Part shown: one piece after another, positions 24,606 through 35,875 of the stretch
Layout: each line of letters opens with the position of its first letter
Numbering within the stretch: the first letter of the stretch is position 1
Source of the DNA: Octopus sinensis
Lineage: Eukaryota
Direction: 5' to 3'
Assembly (NCBI RefSeq): GCF_006345805.1
Contig: NC_043000.1
Location: forward strand, 159,030,001 to 159,094,000
Length of the DNA: 64,000 nt
Position numbers and translations under genes: made by a program
The notes under the pieces: model-generated
Seen by the model: the letters and a program-made list of their open reading frames with translations, nothing else
Told to the model about the DNA's origin: nothing
Databases searched by the model: none

Positions 24606-27600
24606 AAGAAGGGAAAAAAGCGCACTGACCACTACTGAAAGACGGTATGCAGATGTGGTGCGCGGAAACCCAACAGGTGGCCAGCTTCACCCAGATGTGA
24701 GAAGGGCGGCAGCTGAACAGCAGTCATTTTTGTGCATGGCACAAAAAATTGTTCAGCAGCTGACCTGGCTACAAGCACAAAGCTGGAACTACCACCACAT
24801 AAGGCCACCTCCAACAGATGCAGGATGGCCACCACAGACACCAACACCAACACACACACCACAAAAATTTTCTACTGAATGTAGGAGGGCTGCTGCGCGG
24901 AACTGTAAAAAGAAAATTTCATTCCTGAGAGACCTTGTGACATGCAATCAAGCTATATGCATGGCACTCACAGAAACGCATCTTGAACCCGATATAGGTG
25001 ATGCAGAAATACACATGCCGCAATATGCAGTCATACGCACAGATAGAAAAGGGAGGAGCCATGGTGGAGTTGCAATGTACATCCGAGATGACCTCACGCC
25101 CCAGGTCCTGCTGTCATATTCAAACTCAGTATGTGAAACTCAAATTGTACACATAAGACAACTGAATATCGTCATATGCACTACATATCGCCCACCAGAC
25201 GCCCCAAAACACTCAGGCATGTTTGAAGACTGCCTAACAAAAATAGGAGAAGTCCTCACCAACCTTGAACAGCACAACAGTGTATTCTTCATGGGTGACT
25301 TTAACGTCCCCAATGTGGGATGGCCTGGGGGCAGATGCTCCCAGGGATGACACACCATCAGCAGGCACAGGTGGAGTCCCTGCTCCATCTCACAAATGCC
25401 TCTTTCATGGAGCAAATAGTTCTGCAACCAACAAGGGCAGATAATATACTGGATCTCTGCTTCACAAACAATATGGATATTATCCATAATGTTAATGTGA
25501 TGCCGACAATGATCTCGGATCACAACATAATAGAGCTGTCTATGTATGGAACAAAAGCCCCCGCAGACACACAGCCTATACGAAGCACCCACCATCTCTC
25601 CAACTTAAACTTTCATAAAGCCAACTGGAAGTCGATTGAGAAAGAGATCCTCAAACAGGATTGGCCTGAATGTCTCTCCACACAGGACATAAACATGAAA
25701 CACAAACACTTCATGTCCATAATACAAGCCATATGTGACAAATATGTCCCAATGTGCAGGGCAGCACACACAAGAACAAACAGGATCCCTAGAGAAAGGA
25801 GGATTCTTATGAGACGACGGACAAGGATTGCAAACCGCCTGAGCAAGCACCCCAAAAGTGGTGAGAAGTCTCGGCTCGAAAGAATGCTAATGGAAACTGA
25901 GAAAATCTACATCAGTCCCATGAAAAGGAGAGAGCAGATAAAGAAGCTTGGTAATAGAAAATATAAAATCAAACCCTAAAGCTTTCTTTAAGTTTGCCAA
26001 AGAGACAGCCACAGTGCACCACAGAATAGGACCTCTCTTCCAAAAAGATGGCTCTCTCACAGGAAATCCCACGAGGATAAGTGAAATACTGAACGAACAG
26101 TTCCAAAGTGTGTTCACTACACCTCTAGGACACAGGCAAGTAAACAACCCAGAAGAATTCTTTGCCACTTTACCAGCGGCCAAAGAGACAAAAATTGAGT
26201 ACATCAACATCGAAGAAGATGATATCACACTAGCCATTGATGAGATTGACACAAACTCAGCTGCTGGACTGATGTTCCCAGCGATCCTTCTCAAATCGTG
26301 CAAACGAGCCCTTGCAAAACCGCTACACTACAGCTTCTTTTTCAGAGCTTTCTTGCAAGTGGTAAGCTCCCAGTCAAACTAAAGAGGGGGTAATATGCCC
26401 TATCCATAAGGGAGGTAGCAGAGCAGATGCTAAAAATATAGGCCTATCTCTCTGACCTCACACATCAGCAAAGTCATGGAACGAATAGTCCGTAAAAACT
26501 AATCATGTTCCTTGAAGAAAATGACTTACTGTCTGACACCCAGCATGGATTTCGACCAGGTAGAGGCTGCCTAACACAGCTCCTGCAACACTATGACTGG
26601 GTGTTGAAACAGCTACTAAATAGCTCAAATGTGGATGTATATATCTTGACTTTGCAAAAGCCTTTGATAAAGTCGACCATGGTATGATCTGTCACAAACT
26701 GCGTGGTCTCGGCATAGGCGGGAAACTTGGAGAGTGGCTGCACAACTTTCTAAAAGACAGAAAACAGGCAGTTGTGAGCAATGGAGCCACCTCCAAGGAA
26801 ACGCAAATAACAAGCGGTGTCCCACAGGGCACTGTCTTGGGGCCACTGATGTTCATAGTGGCCCCTTCAGACATGCCTTCAGTTGCTACGATGACCACCC
26901 TTGCTAGCTATGCAGATGACACAAAAGTCTCCCACGCAATACAAAACCCTGAAAATTGCGCATCTGCAACATGAGCTGGACACAATATACAGGTGGCTGA
27001 GGACAACAACATGCAGTTTAATGCAGGTAAGTTCCAGGCCCTGCGCTACTGGCACACAAAGGTAAATGATGTGAAGACTGGATACACTGGCCAAAGAAAG
27101 AATTGCAATCCCTGAGTCAAAATCAGTGCGTGACCTGGGCATTGACATGAGCAATGATGCATCTTTCCAAATGCATATTGCTAATCTGGTGATAAAATGC
27201 AGACGGCTAGCTGGATGGATTCTCTGAACTTTCAGAACAAGAGAGAAGGAGACACTGATGGTCCTATGGAAACATTTGTCCTCAGCCGCTTGGACTACTG
27301 CTCCCAACTTTGGTCACCACACAATATAAAACAAACAGCAGAACTCGAAGCAACTCAGAGAAGCTACACAAAGAAAATCGTCTCAATGCAAAATGTCAGC
27401 TACTGGGAAAGACTGAAGGTATTAAACCTCTTCACCCTGGAGCGGAGGCGGGAGAGATATGCAGTGATATACATCTGGAAAATCCTGGAGGTCTTGTCCC
27501 AAACTTTGGCATTCAAAGTTACTCCAACCGCAGAACGGGGCGCCGCTGCGTGGTGCCAAGGATTCCAACATCACCATCAAAATACAGGTCCAGATACTGC

Positions 27601-27898
27601 AACAGCTTGGGTTTCAGAGGACCACAGCTCTTAACATCCTCCCTAAATGCCTGAGAGACTTACATGGTGTGGATGTGGGTTTCTTTAAAACTAAACTGGA
27701 TCTCTTCTTGTTGGGAGTCCCAGATGAACCTACCTCACGACAGGAGACACGGATGCGGGCAGCAGCATCGAACTCCCTTGTTGATCAAGTGCCACGTATC
27801 AGAGGTGGATTCACAAACTAGTGTAGCTCATTCAGTGCTGGTGCCCCAGCATGGCCGCGGCCTTCGGGCTAAAACATTTTTAAGGATTTTAAGGATTT
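23970..27898 (+). mobile_element. CR1-type LINE copy 3, near full length (ORF1, ORF2, 3' tail)
   Basis: ORF1 from ATG 23970; EN from about 24860 (FLLNVGGL, ALTETHL, FMGDFNVP, ISDHNII); RT (QHGFRPGRGC, SGVPQGTVLGPLMF, SYADDTK, LDYCSQLWSP); tail GGTGCCCCAGCATGGCCGCGGCCTTCGGGCTAAAAC + (TTTTAAGGA)n. Many 1-nt frameshifts. Confidence 0.95.
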
Positions 27899-27935
27899 AT
27901 ATATATATGTATGTATATATATATATATATGTATG

Positions 27936-27969
<34 letters not shown>

Positions 27970-28053
27970 TGTATGTATATATATAGTATTATATATAATG
28001 TATGTATATATATATATGTATGTATGTATATATATAATATATATATATATATG

Positions 28054-28093
<40 letters not shown>

Positions 28094-28223
28094 ATATATT
28101 ATATATATATAATATATATATATATTAAACTTAAATGTTGATAAAAAAAGAAAGAAAAAATATATATATACATATATATACATATATACACATACATACA
28201 TACATACATATATATATATATAT

Positions 28224-28278
<55 letters not shown>

Positions 28279-28302
28279 ATGTATGTATGTTGTATATATT
28301 AA

Positions 28303-28611
28303 ATGTATAGATTCATATTTATGTACAAAGCCATTATAGAAGGTGATGCAGAGGGGATCTGCCCGCTATACAGGACTGAATCCTGGAACTGCCCAGAATG
28401 GACCAGAAAGAAGATCGATAAGGCCAACTTATGGTATGACAACAAAAAATATCAGAATGTAATTTTCGTTAATGCTACCCCTGGAGACGAACTAGCATTA
28501 GATAAGGCCAATCTACAGGTTAAAGTAGTAGAAAGGCCTAGTGCCCTCATAAGCTCCCTGATCTGTAGGACTTATCCCTTCGATAGGTCCCCTTGTACAA
28601 AGAACAATTGA
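28303..28611 (+). pseudogene. Penelope-like element, post-RT (thumb/linker) fragment
   Basis: LYRTESWN....RKK..KANLWY....VIFVNATPGDELA.....VKVVERP..LI..L....PF...C resembles the PLE region preceding a GIY-YIG domain. Confidence 0.5.
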
Positions 28612-28790
28612 ATAATATGGAGAATGAACCCACAACTCGTGAGACAATTATAGAAATCTGCATTAAAAATTCTCCTCTATGGGTGAATTTCATCCAATAC
28701 AGATTAAGCCAAAACATTAGGACAACAGCAGATCAAAGGGAATTTGCAGCATGGTTCCCGCATCTTGGCAATGGCACAAGCTCCTAAATT
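28610..28790 (+). pseudogene. Helitron (PIF1-like) helicase fragment
   Basis: TRETIIEICIKNSPLWVNFIQYRLSQNIRTTADQREFAAWFPHLGNG matches the Helitron helicase pattern IK.S.LW..F....L..N.R...D..FA.WL..LG.G. Confidence 0.75.
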
Positions 28791-29944
28791 CTGAATATTC
28801 ATAGCATGGTTGTTTACTGAGTTTTCATTACCCAGCCTAATGTTTCCTTATAGCAAAGGTCGCATATGCCAGATAGCGATTTATATGGGTGTGCGTCTTT
28901 TATTATTGACCATATCCATTGGTATGTAATTTTTTTTCCTTCAGTCTCCATATGAGATCTTCTATTCTTCAATTCTTCAATTTTATGCACACATATATAT
29001 ATATATTATATGCATATATACGACAGAGTGCTGAAACATTCCTGGATTTCAGTAAAAGAATATACATGAGGGTCTGTAACTTATTACTTTTTCCAACGTG
29101 TTCCCCTCTGAGATTCACGCACTTATTGCACTGGTTCTCCAACCAGGCATTTCTTGACGACCTTAAAGCCAGGTATTTTCAGCCCTCCCCTCGTACGTCT
29201 CTCTCTCCCTCTCTCTCACTCTGTATATGTATATATATATATATATATATACATATATAGTTATATGTATATGTATATAGATATATATACATGTATATAT
29301 ATACATATATATATATATACATATATAGTTATATGTATATGTATATAGATATATATACATGTATATATATACATATATACACATACATACATACATATAT
29401 ATATATATATACATATATATATACATATATATATACATATATATGCATATATATATAGTTAGGCAGATATTGTTGTATTTCGGGATGGTCATTTTATTTA
29501 TTTATTTTTGCCAAATAAACACACACACTGTATATTTGTTTTTCTTTTCTCCTTTCTCACTCTCTTCACATCCCAACTGTTTTTAATCGTGGATATTAGG
29601 ATATTTAGGATATTAACTGATCTTCTCAGTTCACTACGGTGTACTATCGACACATAGAACTGACACGACACTTAGATAACAGAATCTACATGCTGCACAC
29701 GTGACGGTAGACATATCGAACCTCAATAGAAAGCATGGATGGAACTGTAACACGCACCACCACATGACTAAGGACAGTAGGGATGTGAAGAGAGAATGGA
29801 GGGGGAAAAGGCGAACACGCAACTTATACATAGAAGCATACAGGGCAATACACTTTACAACAGACTCAAATGCATTTATCTATGATACTTATGAGAAATA
29901 GCTTTAGTTGTATAAAAAAAGTGTTTTTAAGTAAATAAATATAT

Positions 29945-30155
29945 ACTCTTTTACTCTTTTACTTGTTTCAGTCATTTGACTGCGGCTATGCTGGAGCACC
30001 GCCTTTAATCAAGCAACTCGACCCCGGGGCTTATTCTTTTTGTAAGCCCAGTACTTGTTCTATCGGTCATTTTTGCCGAACCGCTAAGTAACGGAGACAT
30101 AAACACACCAGCATCGGTTGTCAAGCAATGCTAGGGGGACAAACACACACGCGCA

Positions 30156-30218
<63 letters not shown>

Positions 30219-30385
30219 TACGACGGGCTTCTTTTCAGTTTCCGTCTACCAAATCCACTCACAAGGCTTTGGTCGGCCCAAGGCTATAGTAGAAGACACT
30301 TGCCCAAGGTGCCACACAGTAGGACTGAACCCGGAACCATGTGGTTGGTAAGCAAGCTACTTACCACACAGCCACTCTTGCGCCT
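29945..30385 (-). mobile_element. SINE family A, full length with internal (TA)n
   Basis: Head gcgcaagagtggctgtgtggtaagtagcttgc..ggttccgggttcagtcc..ggcaccttgggcaag (30385-30211), microsatellite, then 3' half ending gactgaaacaagtaaaagagtaaaagag. Resembles octopus tRNA-derived SINEs; exact family name not verified. Confidence 0.92.
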
Positions 30386-30854
30386 GTATATATATAAGTA
30401 GACAAATAAATAAATATATAAATATATCTCACACACCTGTGATAAATGTAAGACAGAGATAGATAAAATAAGTAAATAAATAAAAAAATAATAAATAAAT
30501 AAAATTATATAAATGGCATGGATATATATCAAGTGAACCCATACACACACAAACACACGCACATAAAACTTCATGGACGGTCATAACGATGTCAACAACA
30601 CAACTAACATGGTCAGCAACAGCGGCGGTGCCAACGATGGTAATAACGACAACAACAATAACAACTACGATAGCAACACCGTGGGAGGACATACACGGAG
30701 GAATACAGGATCTGTACCGTATTTTCGGGTCTTGGGACAGCAGCAGCACAATGGGGTAAGATGATGGAGCTGAGGACTAGATCACACTGCTGCTAAAATT
30801 TGTGACACACACACACACACACGAGCATACACGCACGCATACACACACACGCAT

Positions 30855-30885
<31 letters not shown>

Positions 30886-30964
30886 GAGGGACACAAACGC
30901 ATGCGCACATACAAATACCCATCTTAGAACAGAATAAATGGATCAAGAAACCGCACGGAAACGA

Positions 30965-31030
30965 AAAGTGTCGCTGAAGAGGTCACAGATGTGTGACGAA
31001 AGATTTCCGGATAATGGAAAATAATAAAAC
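30965..31030 (+). ncRNA. Degenerate hammerhead-ribozyme-like motif
   Basis: CTGAAGA-G-GTCAC agatgt GTGAC-GAAA (30974-31001); stem II present, stems I and III imperfect. Confidence 0.35.
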
Positions 31031-31057
31031 AAGAACTGTAATAAACGAGTCAAGTAA

Positions 31058-31092
<35 letters not shown>

Positions 31093-31202
31093 GTTATGTT
31101 GTATATGTATATGTATATGTAATATATGTATATATATATATATATATTATATATAATATATATATATATATATATTATAATATATATATATATATATATA
31201 TA

Positions 31203-31415
31203 GTTAATCCAAACATGAACAAGAGTAAAAACAACAACGCGAAGACATGGAACAAGTATAGTGTATTGGATGCTCAGAAGGAGGATTTAACGTTTCGAGT
31301 AGAGCTCTTCGTCAGAAACATAGAAAAAGGAAAGGTCCAAGGAAGGGAAGACGGAGAAAGAAAATCGTCAACGATACACACGATTTCACATCAGGTATCT
31401 TTCAAAACGAATTGA
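31203..31415 (-). mobile_element. PLE pseudo-LTR-like repeat with a minimal type I hammerhead-like motif (31289-31319)
   Basis: Minus strand gtttCTGACGA-A-GAG ctcta CTC-GAAACGTT-aaat: core CUGANGA/GAAA, palindromic ACGU stem III, short stem I; sits next to a (TA)n tract. Confidence 0.6.
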
Positions 31416-31437
31416 TATAAGCATGTATGTATGTATG

Positions 31438-31468
<31 letters not shown>

Positions 31469-31561
31469 GCATGCATGTATGTATGCATGAATGTATGTAT
31501 GCATATATATTTATATATACATATATATACATGTGTGTGTTTGTGTGTATGAGTGAGAGAC

Positions 31562-31597
<36 letters not shown>

Positions 31598-32353
31598 TGT
31601 AATGTAAGTCATAGATCTTTTAATAAACACATGACTTCACAATTTCACACTCGCTATAAACTGTAAAGAAAGCGCTTACAGATAGTTTTATCTTTCCTTC
31701 AAGGTTGACAAGGTGCCATCGATCAGAATGGGCTTTACTCTACTTAGAAACCATCAACATTCCTAGTGTCCTTTCTTCACTCCAGTATTCCTCTCCCATA
31801 CAGCATTACTCTCTCACACTTTAGCAGCTTCGTATCTACCATGCCAAGTATCTGGCTCATAATTTACACACTGGCGTATATTACAGCATGCATATTCCTC
31901 GTATATTTTATTTACTGCAATACCGAAGATACATTAAATTTACAACAAAATAGAGCCACCCGGATTATGTAGTAACGACAATCCGCTTACTGAAAGACGT
32001 ATGTTATATAAACCTAAAATACCAATTGCGTTTCATGTGTTCATTATTACTTTACATACACACATAAATGTATATTCTAATTTTCCTCACACATCCCAAT
32101 GTTCCTATTCGTCAAATACAAAAAAGTGAAGCCAAAGAATAAAGAGAAACCCAAAGATTTGTTTTTTCTTAAATCGTTCCAATAACGAGAAAATAAAAAT
32201 TATAAAAAATATGAGTAAGGATTACGCAGAAAAGAAACAAAGGATTTTCTATGTTGTCACGAAGAAAATGATTACTCATACATACATAACAATATATGTG
32301 AGTGTGTGTGTGAGTGAGTGTGTGGTGTGTGTGCACGTGCGTGTATATATATG

Positions 32354-32398
<45 letters not shown>

Positions 32399-33139
32399 TA
32401 TATATATATATGTAATATATATATACATATCCTTATGTAAGGTTGTTATGTATGTATGCATAATGTATGTACCGTGTTTGTATGTATGACCGGGTATGTA
32501 AGTATGCTTCTCTTAGCTAACCTTTGTATTTCTCTGATGGTATGCTACGATATGATGTTTTCAATTTACTCCGCGTTTCAGCAACTATTAATATTTTTTC
32601 TTTTATATATATATTCAATTATGTGTAGTCCTAGTTGTCAAAGCTGTTGATATTGTTGTTATCCTAGTTCTTTTACATTTTGTTCTACTTAATATGCTTC
32701 CTATCCAGTACACACTGTGTAACTTCCCACTGGTAAACATCACTGCACCTTTCAAATTATGTTTTTGCCCGTATCCCTCCCTTCAAACACTCACACACGG
32801 GTGCTCTGTTTCTATCTCAATAAACGGAATGTGTTCATGTGTGCATACACACTCACGTGTGTGTGTGTGTGTCTCAGTATGTGTGTGTGTGTGTGTGTGT
32901 TATAAAACAAATATATGCCTACTTCTGTCGTCGTAGGACGTGATATAAATGCGAGCTACGTGGATGCCACAATATGTAGATTCAATCAGTCGGTGCAAAA
33001 GAAAAAAAAAGACAAATAGAGCAAAAATTCCATTTTTATTACAAGCTCTGCCAAACACCTATTATCAACACATATATTTTCATATCTTTCCTAAAGGAAA
33101 CACTTACACAGGAACAAAAATAAAGAGAAATATGTATAT

Positions 33140-33205
<66 letters not shown>

Positions 33206-33208
33206 GGA

Positions 33209-33274
<66 letters not shown>

Positions 33275-33498
33275 CATATACATATACATATATATATTTG
33301 TATATATATGTGTATATTTATATGCATATATGATATATGCATATGTATGTATACTTAAATGTATGAATATATCTATACACACACATATAATTGTCTGTAT
33401 ATACATGCGTGGATATACATGCAAAACGATCGTTTTGTCTGTGAGTTTACAGTTATATGAAGAGAGTGGAATTATGAAGTATTCTGTCTGTGTGTTTC

Positions 33499-33541
<43 letters not shown>

Positions 33542-33544
33542 TAT

Positions 33545-34354
33545 AATTATAAATGAGGGTGAAAAATCGATATTAATTTAATAATACCGTCAATTTAACA
33601 CCAGTGGCTTAGCACAAAAAACTACGGAGGAAATACAAATTTATACATAAATTATTAGAGAGTCATCCACTATGTGGATAACTTAGTGCTAAAAATAGCT
33701 CCGAAGCAACCACAGAAGATCCGTTTCCAACTAGAATCAACACACATTTAACTGAAGGAAAGTGAAATACAACGAATAAAATAGATTGACTCTATACAAT
33801 GTTTCATTACTAATGCAATATGTAGTTTACTTACACTTGCATCTATAAATCTTCGGTAGAGTTTGTCAGAAATGCAACTAATTAGATCGATTCGGGGTCA
33901 AAAACACGAGCGGTCCAACCAATTACATTTTTAGTTATGTCTCAAATTCCGCGCCAAAAGCATGCCTAGACTCCATTGGAAACGTATGCCGCATCAAATA
34001 ATATTGACTGCCGCGTAGTTAAATTTATAAAATTATAAATGAGGGTGAAAAATCGATATAATTTAATAATACCGTCAATTAACACCAAGTGGCTTAGCAC
34101 AAAAAACTACGGAGGAAATACAACAAATTTATACATAAATTATTAGAGAGATTTATAGATGCAAGTGTAAGTAAAACTACATATTGCATTAGTAATGAAA
34201 CAATTGTATAGAGTCAATCTATTTTATTCGTTGTATTTCACTTTCCTTCAGTTAAATGTGTGTTGATTCTAGTTGGAAACGGATCTTCTGTGGTTGCTTC
34301 GGAGCTATTTTTAGCACTAGAGTTATCCACATAGTGGATGACTCTCTAATAATT

Positions 34355-34362
<8 letters not shown>
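33545..34362. repeat. Direct + inverted repeat composite (A-B-C-A-B inverted), PLE-terminus-like
   Basis: A 33545-33662 is repeated at 34031-34150; B 33642-33850 is inverted at 34151-34362; TA tracts on both sides. Confidence 0.93.
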
Positions 34363-34406
<44 letters not shown>

Positions 34407-34939
34407 TAGGAAAGAGAAAAGATATGTACATATATAACTATATTGCTTCTATATAAACACAATATCGTATACATTTACATGTACACATATTTACTTGTAT
34501 CACATACGTGCAAAGAAAAGAAAGGGAAACGAGTGATAGAACCTGCTCTAGAAAAATGATCACAAAATCAATGCCAAAAATGACGAAATATTAAAATCTT
34601 TAGATGTACACACGTTCGAGAGAATATTATGATGTGTGAGTATGGGTGAAGCTTCGACAAAGGTTATCTGATCAAACGCTTTATAATCGGATCTTATATT
34701 GTAAGTGTGGGCGGTGGTTGGGGTTAAATGCAATTATATCCGCTAAAAGGCTCTCCATGAGACATGATAAAGATTCTTTGCAAGTGTACGGCCTCATACG
34801 CATTCATATACACACTCTAGCTCTCTAGATATATTCGGAGATATACGTTGCTATATAATTACGTTGGTTTTGCAAACGAGAGCAAAATAAGAATTCAAAG
34901 TGTTACGTGGTTTGCATATATTCTTTTAAGAGACTTAAG

Positions 34940-35220
34940 TTCTTGGTAGTCCACCGTTTAAGCATATATGTTTGTGCATGTCTGACAGTATACTTGAGTA
35001 CCTACATACATCTTTTATTTCTATGAAAAATCTCCGAAGACAAAGAAATAAGAACCCACCTTCTTTACTTTCTCTCCTTGTTTCTTTCTGTGTTCCTTTC
35101 TGTGGAAGAGAGGAGGCTCGAAACATTAAAGACTTTCTCAATTCCCAAGCGTTAAACTAATACATCTGTTTGTTGTCTACACCACCTGTCTTCGTCTTTT
35201 TTTTTGTGAATTCTCCCACC
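34940..35220 (+). mobile_element. Dispersed repeat with a decayed hammerhead-like core (ggaagag aggag gctcgaaac), probably a PLE terminus
   Basis: 3' part shared with 6851-6930; GAG...CTC GAAAC at about 35107-35124 but the CUGA is mutated. Confidence 0.45.
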
Positions 35221-35234
35221 ATATATATATATGC

Positions 35235-35269
<35 letters not shown>

Positions 35270-35281
<12 letters not shown>

Positions 35282-35460
35282 GGCGTGTCTATTTGTGCCC
35301 CCAACATCGCTTGTCAACCGATGCTGGTGTGTTTACGTCCCCGTAACTTAGCGGTTCGGCAAAAGAGACCGATAGATTAAGTACTAGGGTCGATTTGCTC
35401 GACTTAAGGCGGTGCTCCAGCATGGCTGCAATCAAATGTCTGAAACAAAAGAATAAATAA
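35270..35460 (+). mobile_element. SINE family A, 3' half
   Basis: tgtgcccccaacatcgcttgtcaaccgatgctgg...aaggcggtgctccagcatggctgcaatcaaatgtctgaaac. Confidence 0.9.
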
Positions 35461-35794
35461 AATAAAAGAATATATATAGGGTGTGTAGATAGATAGATAA
35501 ATATATATTGGTACACACACATACATATATTCGCGTATGTGTGTCTGTATATAAGTTTGTAGACCTTCAAAACCCCTCTTACAAACATTAAAGTAGCACA
35601 CGTGACAGCTTTTATGCATTTAAGTACATCCTCAAGTCACTGTGGAGATCGTATACATCGATGTTTCCAACATTCAGTTTTAAGTGCTTGCTACAAACGG
35701 ATACCGTGAAACTGAGAAATATTTTGACATTCAATTACAACTCCGTACACGAAAACAGATTTTAGAAAATCGAGTAAAAATACCCCTAAATACG

Positions 35795-35875
35795 GGAAGA
35801 AGCGGCCAGCAGCGAATCGAACCCTGTACCTCTTAAATTCCAGTTCAGAGCTCTGTACCATTGCGCTAAATGAGA
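35795..35875 (-). mobile_element. tRNA-like SINE head (not a functional tRNA)
   Basis: Reverse complement tagcgcaatggtacagagctc..gggttcgattcgctgctgg has A- and B-box-like motifs; no complete cloverleaf could be built. Confidence 0.55.
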
